From Sanchytrium tribonematis (taxonomy: Eukaryota): DNA of 64,000 nt. The notes under the pieces were generated by a model. It saw nothing but the letters and a program-made list of their open reading frames with translations. It searched no databases and was not told the DNA's origin. Shown here piece after piece: positions 55,040-62,982 of the stretch. The DNA is taken from positions 1 through 64,000 of the forward strand of contig JADGIG010000002.1 in the NCBI GenBank assembly GCA_018985235.1. The letters run 5' to 3'. Each line of letters begins with the position of its first letter. Within the stretch, counting starts at the first letter, position 1. A program made the position numbers and the translations under genes.

Positions 55040-55934
55040 TCAGTGAATTACACTTGACAAAACTACTGCTAATATAATCAACAGAAAAATCATACATATG
55101 GATGAATAGCACATCCTCTTTCTATTTTTCTTTTGTTGCTGTAAAGCCTTGTCCATTTCCTGAACTCCTTTTTCTGTGTAGTCAACAGCCGCATTCACAT
55201 TTGTGTCAATTCTGGCCAACATATCCCCTTGTTGATTAACGAGTAAACTCAGGTCCAAAAACAGTTGTTGTAATTCAAGAAGTGATTTCTCGATTTTCAT
55301 CAAATCTTGATGACGCTCTTGTACTTCTGACAATACTCTTTGGGCTTCCCTTTGAGAAGAACCCATCATCTATATAAGTAAGTAGAACCTGCTGTGAAAA
55401 TAATGCATCTGGATTAGGAGAGTTTACAACATTATCGAGCTCTTCCTTCGTCGCACCAGGCTTAATTATCTTATATTGTTTCTCAATTTTGGTTTTGTAG
55501 CGATCCTTAAATTTGTTTTGAGTGTCATTGTACTTCTGAACTTGCTCTTGAAATTGTTTCGCAACCAAGCCGTGTTGAGTCACTCTGATTCTAAAGTCAT
55601 TCGTATTATTTTTACCTGCTTTTTCAAGATCTTTATTTTCTGCATCCATATCTTTCAAAATTTTCCTTATCTCGAAATTTACACCGCTAATATCAACCAT
55701 CAATTGCTCCACAATATCTCTCGTCTTTTTAGAGTCCTCGTCGCTCACCGCTTGGAGAGATCTATTATGAGAATCATCAACTTTATCAACTAAGGTTTTC
55801 AATTTATTCAGTAAACCTTTTACATGCTCAATCCTTTTCAAAAACTCATTACTTACACCACCTTCTTCAGCCTTAATTAAAGAATTAGAGCGGTCTACTC
55901 CATTAGAATTCAATTGATTCATTCTGTCTACCAT
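55040..55934 (-). CDS. Plasma-membrane syntaxin (Sso1/syntaxin-1-like); exons 55934-55389, 55369-55040
   Basis: Habc helices, SNARE motif (EVQERHQDLMKIEKSLLELQQLF...QG) and a C-terminal TM. Confidence 0.92.
55370..55388 (-). other. 19-nt GT-AG intron
   Basis: GTTCTACTTACTTATATAG. Joins Habc to the SNARE domain in frame. Confidence 0.93.
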
Positions 55935-55982
55935 TCACGAAAAAATTAAATTGGCCTACTTCTAATATAAAAATCAAGTTTT

Positions 55983-56339
55983 TTATTCAAAATTTAAATT
56001 GTAAAGTATTAGTCTCCCATAAAGATCACTAAGATTAGAAAAAGTGACTTTAATCTTTTGTGTTTGGATAGGGTTTGATAAACTAAGATATTGCTTGATA
56101 CCAGAATCTTCCGTCTGAAATGTAAAGGAATTATCAAGTGTCCTCAAATTGACATCAAGGGCCCCAAAGCCTCCTTGGTATTGTATGATAACTTTTGAGA
56201 TTGTCCTTGATTCTTCAAAGTGCAAAGTAATATATTGAGTTTCACCCGAATCAGAGTACCAACAAGACTCCTCTTCCACCATAAACCGATCTGCTTCAAA
56301 GACAGATGACGGGTTAATTGAAGAGACTTTAAGTTTCAT
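55983..56339 (-). CDS. Galactose-binding-fold protein, NR2C2AP/TRA16-like
   Basis: CWYSDSGETQYI, QYQGGF, SDLYGRLILY. Confidence 0.7.
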   Translation of the reverse strand: MKLKVSSINPSSVFEADRFMVEEESCWYSDSGETQYITLHFEESRTISKVIIQYQGGFGALDVNLRTLDNSFTFQTEDSGIKQYLSLSNPIQTQKIKVTFSNLSDLYGRLILYNLNFE

Positions 56340-56348
56340 CCTATAATC

Positions 56349-56984
56349 TTACAACAATTTTTTGGGGTCAATAAGTTGTGGTTCAAATTTAAATTGTGCA
56401 CAAAATTCCTGACAGACATCGTCGACAAATGTATCGAAACAAAGCTTTTCGTCCAAACAGGTTTCAACACTCGTCATTTTCATACCTTTTAAACCACATG
56501 GTACTATCTTCTCAAACCATGGCAAAACTTCTTTGGAAAAATTGATCGCAGCACCATGGCAAGTTATAAATCTTTGAACATGAACTCCGATGGACGCGAT
56601 TTTCTTTTGCTCTACATAAACCCCGATGTTGTTGTTTGTCTCCGCGCAAATATTGTATTTTGAAAGTACTGATAGAATGACAGATTCTAACTTATTAATG
56701 TACTCTTTAATTGTGAGATTTAACGCTTTTAAATCCAAAATTGGATATAAAACCAATTGACCAGGACCATGAAAAGTAGTTTGACCGCCCCTTTGCAATT
56801 TAATTACCTGACAAAATGATTGTAAATGAAGGAATTCTGAATTTGTCAATAGTTGTCTTCTTCCGAGAGTGAAAGTTGGATAGTGCTCACAAAGTAGAAC
56901 GCAAAATGTTCTATTATTTTTAAGAGTATTTTGCATTTTTAAAGCTGTATTAAATGGAATTTTACCTAATTTTGAAAAAAGCAT
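56349..56984 (-). CDS. LIP2: Lipoyl(octanoyl)transferase LipB/Lip2
   Basis: EHYPTFTLGRR, RGGQTTFHGPGQLVLYP, KIASIG, HGAAIN, IVPCG. Confidence 0.93.
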   Translation of the reverse strand: MLFSKLGKIPFNTALKMQNTLKNNRTFCVLLCEHYPTFTLGRRQLLTNSEFLHLQSFCQVIKLQRGGQTTFHGPGQLVLYPILDLKALNLTIKEYINKLESVILSVLSKYNICAETNNNIGVYVEQKKIASIGVHVQRFITCHGAAINFSKEVLPWFEKIVPCGLKGMKMTSVETCLDEKLCFDTFVDDVCQEFCAQFKFEPQLIDPKKLL

Positions 56985-56999
56985 TGGTTTTGCGGAGTT

Positions 57000-58412
57000 T
57001 TATTGTTTTTTCGATTTTTTTACATTATTGGTGCTCAGCGACTTCAATGATCTTTTGACAATACTGGGAAAGTTCTGCGCTGCCAAATTAACAAGATTTT
57101 CTCTACATTCATGATCAACGTTTAACTTCAAATCAGCTATCTGATCCAAAGAATCAGAAGCTTCATGGAGTACCAGAGCCTCTAGTTTAGTTCTTTGGGC
57201 CTCTAAAAAGGGATCTCTGAGTCCAAGGTGATCATCAATTTGGGTGTTATTTATGAGATCTTCAAAACCTTTAATCAAGGTATCTTCAACAGAAGTTGAT
57301 TCCGGAAGTGTGGGATATCTTAGATCGTCTATCAATGGAGCTTCAATTAGAAAGAATCCGCAAGGTCTAATTTGAAGTCCTTTTTTTATAATTTCTTGTC
57401 GAGGAATAAGCAAGCCAAGTCTGTTGACAGCTATTTTCGATAATCTAAACGATGCCAACAACCCGCATCGATTTTTTAAACAGGAGTTTAATAGAGCTGT
57501 AAAAAGTTTAGAGCTATTTTTAAATTTGTGGTCTGCAGGAAATATAAACCGGGATTCTTTTAAACTTAAAATTGGGTCATAGGTCATAGAAACCACTTTT
57601 AAAATGTTGATTCCTATTTCTCCAATGTTTCTAAGCTGAACTCTTTCTTCAGCAGAAAATTTGACGTGAATATTGCTTTCCTTCTTCCCAAATCCGTCCA
57701 TGATATATTCTTTGATTTTTTTTCTTTTGAGAATTGTTAGCGCTTCATCATTTTCAGTAAGCCTGATTGGCTTGGGCGCTCTAAATTGCTTGTACAGCAT
57801 ATAGGACTTGACTCCTATAACAATACTTCCAAAACGTAGAATGGTATCCGCCGAAGCTTTCTTCGGCTTCGATTCGAAAATGTTTAAATCTTGCGTCATA
57901 AGTTCTTTTAAATTTGAGTTCCCAATAAGCTGGCATTCTGAATTAAAGTCAGTAATATCTTTGAGTCTTGTGCTAATGATTGTAGAAGTCAGATCATAGT
58001 GATCATCGGTTACAAAGACTACATTTTTTTCCTCTTTAATATCCTTAATCTGTAGACTGATTAAAAATAAAACGTTCTGAAATGAAGACTCGCGCATTTT
58101 GCTTGATTTGGGTTCAAATTTTTGCAAAATTTTATACATATCTCGATTGCAGTCTTTCAAGGGAACTAAAATCCTGATTCCATCAAGATAAGCCTTTTTT
58201 TCCAGAGGATTCATGTCACTGGGCATTGATGCTTCCTCTTCTGGATAATTGAATAATATAATTCCCATTTTATGATTCAAATTTTCATAAAATAGGTCTT
58301 TAAGCCTAGTGAGAACAAGGAATTTATCGTATTTCTTATAATCAATAGCAAAGAGCACCGCCTGTTTTCCACTGGCCAAAATCTCATCGTCATTTGTTGT
58401 AAAAAATTCCAT
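57000..58412 (-). CDS. KU70: Ku70 (shortened, no evident SAP domain)
   Basis: AVLFAID (vWA), FIFPAD...SSKLFTALL, PQEI...PCGF..I..P..DDLR. Confidence 0.75.
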   Translation of the reverse strand: MEFFTTNDDEILASGKQAVLFAIDYKKYDKFLVLTRLKDLFYENLNHKMGIILFNYPEEEASMPSDMNPLEKKAYLDGIRILVPLKDCNRDMYKILQKFEPKSSKMRESSFQNVLFLISLQIKDIKEEKNVVFVTDDHYDLTSTIISTRLKDITDFNSECQLIGNSNLKELMTQDLNIFESKPKKASADTILRFGSIVIGVKSYMLYKQFRAPKPIRLTENDEALTILKRKKIKEYIMDGFGKKESNIHVKFSAEERVQLRNIGEIGINILKVVSMTYDPILSLKESRFIFPADHKFKNSSKLFTALLNSCLKNRCGLLASFRLSKIAVNRLGLLIPRQEIIKKGLQIRPCGFFLIEAPLIDDLRYPTLPESTSVEDTLIKGFEDLINNTQIDDHLGLRDPFLEAQRTKLEALVLHEASDSLDQIADLKLNVDHECRENLVNLAAQNFPSIVKRSLKSLSTNNVKKSKKQ

Positions 58413-58467
58413 TCAGTGTTTTGGGGGGATTCAAATCGGCCGATAATTTTAATTTCCGAGGCTATAG

Positions 58468-58996
58468 ATGGGTCCTGAATCACAAATTTTGCACCAGAAT
58501 GAAGAATTGAGCATTCAAGAAGAACTCTTAGCAGTTGCTCTAAAGATTAGTCCAAAAGCTTTAATGGAGTTGAAAGTACATATTTAATTTGATTCTAATA
58601 TAGGATATATTCAATTTGGTGGATTCAGATCACGGCGGATCAATCGAGTCCGATGAGCTTGGTATGTTGATGCAAACTTTGGGAATGAAAAAGGAAAGAA
58701 TTAATGAAATCACTGACAAAATCATGAAAGATTTTGGAAACACAAATTCCATCGACTTTCCATCATTTTGCAAAGCAATGGTTAAACCGGAATCTCCAAG
58801 CCAGGACAAGCAAGATATAGAGCAAGCTTTTTATTCCTTATTTGGGAAACAAACCATCGAGGTAAGCACAATCAAGGAAACTTTAAAATTATGCGCCAAA
58901 GATGATGATTTTGACAAGATTATTGAAGCCGTGTTTCCAGGCGACAAAATTAATATTTCCCAGTTTATAGAATCTAATTTATATAACTTAAATTAA
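58468..58996 (+). CDS. Calmodulin/centrin-like EF-hand protein; exons 58468-58575, 58604-58996
   Basis: ELK|DIFNLVDSDHGGSIESDEL is formed only after splicing. The later EF-hands are degenerate. Confidence 0.8.
58576..58603 (+). other. 28-nt GT-AG intron
   Basis: GTACATATTTAATTTGATTCTAATATAG, with CTAAT-A-TAG end. Confidence 0.85.
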
Positions 58997-59018
58997 TAAA
59001 AATTTTGAGGAGTGAGTC

Positions 59019-60017
59019 ATGGAGATCAATCTTTGCCCTGCTTTTGATGCACACATTCACTTAAGACAAGGTGAGATGATGGAAAGCGTGACAAAGTTAA
59101 TCGCCAAGGGCGGAGCATCTACAGTGTATGTCATGCCGAATTTGTCACCACCAATTACAACTATTCAGCAAGCTGTTGAGTACAAAAATCGGTTGAAAGA
59201 AATTGACGATTCAATTATCTACCTTATGTCTCTTTATTTAGTTCCATCAATAACTGATAACGACCTAATACGAGCCAAAAATTGCGGAGTATATGGAGTA
59301 AAATGGTATCCTAAAGGTGTTACTACAAAATCCGACCTAGGTGTTGAGAATATTGAATCGTGTTATCGAATTTTAAAGATCATGGAAAGAGAAGATTTAA
59401 TCTTGAATATTCATGGAGAAGTACCATTTAGTACGGAATCAATTTCTGTCTTAAATGCTGAGGAGCGTTTCATTCCTACACTGATCAAGATAAGAAAGGA
59501 TTTTCCTGCTTTGAAAATTGTGATGGAGCATGTTACTACAAAAAAGATGATGGATGCTATTATTTCAATGGATGATCGAATTGGTGCAACAATTACTGTA
59601 CATCACTTGGACATTACTGTAAATGATTGGGCAGGGAATTCTCTAAATTTTTGCAAACCAGTTGCAAAATCACCGGAGGACCGAGCGGCATTGTGGAATG
59701 CTATCAAATCAAAAAACCCAAGAATATTTTTAGGAAGCGACTCGGCCCCGCATGGGCGTTCAGACAAATTAAAGTCACCCGCAAATGCTGGAATCTTCAC
59801 AAGTCCCATATTGCTACCATATCTGGCTCAACTATTCGAATCTCAACAATGTGTAGAACTTTTGGAGAATTTCTCGTCCACTTTTGGTAGACAATTTTAT
59901 AATTTGCCAAAAGAGACCCACACAATTACACTTCGAGAGAATCCCAAAAGAATTCCTAGAAATCCGGATGTTCCGTACTTCAAGGAAGATATTCTTTTAA
60001 AGTATGAAATCAAATAA
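59019..60017 (+). CDS. URA4: Dihydroorotase (monofunctional)
   Basis: DAHIHLRQG, MPNL, KWYPKGVTT, HGE, FCKPVAK, GSDSAPH. Confidence 0.93.
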   Translation: MEINLCPAFDAHIHLRQGEMMESVTKLIAKGGASTVYVMPNLSPPITTIQQAVEYKNRLKEIDDSIIYLMSLYLVPSITDNDLIRAKNCGVYGVKWYPKGVTTKSDLGVENIESCYRILKIMEREDLILNIHGEVPFSTESISVLNAEERFIPTLIKIRKDFPALKIVMEHVTTKKMMDAIISMDDRIGATITVHHLDITVNDWAGNSLNFCKPVAKSPEDRAALWNAIKSKNPRIFLGSDSAPHGRSDKLKSPANAGIFTSPILLPYLAQLFESQQCVELLENFSSTFGRQFYNLPKETHTITLRENPKRIPRNPDVPYFKEDILLKYEIK

Positions 60018-60042
60018 ATCCATTTCTTCTCCTTTAGAACAG

Positions 60043-60615
60043 ATGTCTGTCCCTGAGTTCGTTCAAGTGAAAACTGGTGATAATGAACTGGTGTATAAAA
60101 GGCTGAGTATTCTCCCTCAAAGAATGTCAACATTGAAGGAATGTTGGCCAGTATTTTATGATTCCGTGTCATCTTTTATGATGGTGCGCTTTAACCCCAA
60201 AACTAAGATTATTGAACTCAAATGCGGCGATGAATTGCTACTAAGCAAAGTTGCGGATGTAATTAAGGCGTTTAATTGTGGGTTTTCTATGGAAGACTCA
60301 TTACTTATGATGCGAATGGATGATATGAATCTTTTTAGTTTTCACGTTAGAGATGTCAAGTCATTGAGTGGGGAACACTTTAGTCGGTGTGTTGGTAGGA
60401 TCTGTGGTTATCAGGGAAAAACCAAGTATGCAATAGAAAATATGACGAAAACTAGGATAGTCGTTGCAAACGGTCGTATTCATATTTTAGGCCAGCATAA
60501 CAATTTACAGGTTGCAAAACGTGCTATATGTGATCTTATTCTAGGGAGAACCGCGGGTAGAGTATACAATTCTGTCAGAGTGATTTCCAATGCAATTAAG
60601 AGTAAAGGCTTATAG
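60043..60615 (+). CDS. PNO1: KH-domain 40S biogenesis factor Pno1/Dim2
   Basis: RMSTLKECW, DVKSLSGEHFSRCVGRICG..GKTKYAIEN.TKTRIV. The ATG at 60043 follows CTCCT. Confidence 0.9.
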   Translation: MSVPEFVQVKTGDNELVYKRLSILPQRMSTLKECWPVFYDSVSSFMMVRFNPKTKIIELKCGDELLLSKVADVIKAFNCGFSMEDSLLMMRMDDMNLFSFHVRDVKSLSGEHFSRCVGRICGYQGKTKYAIENMTKTRIVVANGRIHILGQHNNLQVAKRAICDLILGRTAGRVYNSVRVISNAIKSKGL

Positions 60616-60622
60616 AATAAAT

Positions 60623-62164
60623 ATGAAAAATAATTTTAGGTCACTAATGAGTGATAAATTTTCTCATTTGGAAAGGTTCGAGAGAGAGTCACTGGTATAT
60701 TTAAATTCAGTTAAAGAACAGAAAGACTTCAATCTCATTCACTTGCCACACATCTTGAGCATTTACAGGAGCCACAAAAATAATGACAAAATTTCGATTC
60801 AATTTCAAGTTACTTGTCTCCAAATCTTAGAAAAGTTTACAAAAGTCGCGATTGACGACTTGGCAAGAGAAAATTTAATCACTGAATATGAGAAAAGTTT
60901 GAGCAGTAGCAATATCTATGTTCAAAAAGCTGCTTTGATTTGCATTAATAGAATGGTTCAATTTCCAGTTATTGCAGGACTTCTTTCTTCCGAATCTGTT
61001 GAATTAATAGCAAAGTTGTCCAGCATTGAAAGTTTCATTGAAATTTCATTTTCTATTTTTTCTTTAATCGTTACTAATTCAGAAGATAAATTTGAGTTGA
61101 TCTTTGAAAATATTCAGAACCTTAACGAGCGATTATCGGATATAAAATCACAGCGATCTGTAATAGCATTTATAGGTACTTCCGCAAAATCAGTTCCAAA
61201 AGCTGCGAAACTATATGTAGAAATGCAACTAATACCATTGTTATGGAAAGAAGCCTACAATCACAGATATCCTAGGCAAATAGTACAGGCTATTACTTGC
61301 ATTGCAAGCCATAATCTAGAATTGGCTTTACAAACCTTGACGGATAATTTTCAGGATGTGTTGAGGGAATTATTAATTAAAGAAGATCTTGAGTCTAGAA
61401 ATATTGCAATGCTTTATTGTATGACTTGTTGCCGTCATGGTGGTACTGTCTGTGAAAAATTTATTAATTTCATCGAGCCGTTTGTAGTGCCATATTTAAA
61501 AGAAATGCCATCAGACTTAATTTTGAGTTGCATCATAACTGTAGGTTGCATAGCTGCAACTAGTATGGAATTCTCTGCAAATGTTAAGCAATACGATTTG
61601 CTTGATGAATTGCTAGATTTGATGTTAAGGCCAAATTTCGACCTTAAAACAAATATAGTATGGTGCCTTACTCATATGGGTAAACACAGCACAGAAGATT
61701 GTGACAAAATTGCAGAGAAGGGATTCGTAAATATAGTCTTTAAAGTGATGATAAGCTCGTCAGATACCGAATTGATAGCCAAGTGCGACCGATTTCTTAA
61801 AGTATTAATACCCATATGCTCGAATGACTTAGCGTTGGTCGGTTTCTTGTCTGCAGATACGAAACCTTCTATTTTGCTTATTGTTTTAGAAAGATTAGTC
61901 ATTCTCTTAAAAAATCCAGATCAAAAAAAAAAGTTTATGAAAGGTGGATACCTACATAAAACACAAGAATTACGAGTCATTTATACTACTCAAGCTGCGA
62001 GCCTGCCTATTTTGGATGCAATTATGAGTATAAACAATCTTTATCCTGGTGAAATTGTCCAATTTTGTTCGCCAGAGTACGGATTAGAATTAATCGAAAC
62101 TCTTGACGAATACGTAGTTCCAAATACTTTAGAGTCCTTGAAAACTGGTGAGATAAAATATTAA
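60623..62164 (+). CDS. Divergent SPAG6/PF16-like armadillo protein (axoneme central pair)
   Basis: About 510 aa of ARM repeats with IASHNLELA, WCLTHMGKHSTE, KKKFMKGGYLHKTQEL and INNLYPGEIVQFCSPEY, matching the SPAG6 layout as recalled. Confidence 0.7.
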   Translation: MKNNFRSLMSDKFSHLERFERESLVYLNSVKEQKDFNLIHLPHILSIYRSHKNNDKISIQFQVTCLQILEKFTKVAIDDLARENLITEYEKSLSSSNIYVQKAALICINRMVQFPVIAGLLSSESVELIAKLSSIESFIEISFSIFSLIVTNSEDKFELIFENIQNLNERLSDIKSQRSVIAFIGTSAKSVPKAAKLYVEMQLIPLLWKEAYNHRYPRQIVQAITCIASHNLELALQTLTDNFQDVLRELLIKEDLESRNIAMLYCMTCCRHGGTVCEKFINFIEPFVVPYLKEMPSDLILSCIITVGCIAATSMEFSANVKQYDLLDELLDLMLRPNFDLKTNIVWCLTHMGKHSTEDCDKIAEKGFVNIVFKVMISSSDTELIAKCDRFLKVLIPICSNDLALVGFLSADTKPSILLIVLERLVILLKNPDQKKKFMKGGYLHKTQELRVIYTTQAASLPILDAIMSINNLYPGEIVQFCSPEYGLELIETLDEYVVPNTLESLKTGEIKY

Positions 62165-62181
62165 TAAATAAAGGAGTTTTT

Positions 62182-62982
62182 ATGATTCACTTTGAACACA
62201 ATCAACACAACCTTACTAATTATTCTACCAATAGGTATGAAAGTGCCACGCTAAACGGTGATTTGATTTCGGATGACCTTTCATGTATTAGAGGACATGG
62301 CACATATCTCTCGGGATCTACTATAAAGTCTAATTTGATGGGCCAAGTTGAGTCTGTTAATCGATTAGTGATCGTTCATCCATTAAACTCAAAATACAAA
62401 GGGAACACCGGTGATGTAGTTATTGGCAGGGTTGTTGAGATAGTACCAAAAAAGTGGCTATTGGACATTCAAAGTGATAATTTTGGACAACTTATGCTCA
62501 CTTCTATTGGTTTACCTGATGGTGTTCAAAGGCGGAAAACAGAGGAAGATGAATTGCAAATGCGGAAGTATTTTACTGAATATGATGTCGTTATTGCTGA
62601 GGTACAGCAAATTAATTTCGATGGTACTATCAATTTGCAAACTAGAAATGATAAATACGGTAAAGCCGATAACGGAGTTTTAGTCAAAGTACGACCTAGT
62701 CTTGTCAAAACTTGCCCCAGTCATTTTTTGGAGATAGGATCAGAAACTAGAATTATTTTAGGAAAAAATGGTTATATTTGGATACAGGGAAATAATTTTC
62801 CGATTCAAGCGATGCTATTTAATATATTGGAGGCAATGAATATTGAGAACATATCCATTTCTGATCAATCGCTCCAGAGTGCAATTTCAATATGTAAAGT
62901 AAAAGCGGATCCTCTAAAATTTACTAAATCAAAAACAGGAAGAAAAGAACTTGCAGAGCAGCTTATCATATCAAATCAATAA
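62182..62982 (+). CDS. RRP4: Exosome cap subunit Rrp4
   Basis: RGHGTY, GDVVIGRV, LPDGVQRRK, KYGK, ILGKNGYIWI. Confidence 0.92.
   Translation: MIHFEHNQHNLTNYSTNRYESATLNGDLISDDLSCIRGHGTYLSGSTIKSNLMGQVESVNRLVIVHPLNSKYKGNTGDVVIGRVVEIVPKKWLLDIQSDNFGQLMLTSIGLPDGVQRRKTEEDELQMRKYFTEYDVVIAEVQQINFDGTINLQTRNDKYGKADNGVLVKVRPSLVKTCPSHFLEIGSETRIILGKNGYIWIQGNNFPIQAMLFNILEAMNIENISISDQSLQSAISICKVKADPLKFTKSKTGRKELAEQLIISNQ

Noticed and set aside
4862..58603. Frame breaks as pseudogenisation, programmed frameshifts or stop-codon reassignment
   Set aside because: Each break is explained by a GT-AG segment sharing one consensus. TAA, TAG and TGA all end conserved proteins at expected positions.
62171..62176. 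AAGGAG as a bacterial Shine-Dalgarno site, implying a prokaryotic origin
   Set aside because: The genes are clearly eukaryotic with spliceosomal introns, and the motif occurs in both orientations.
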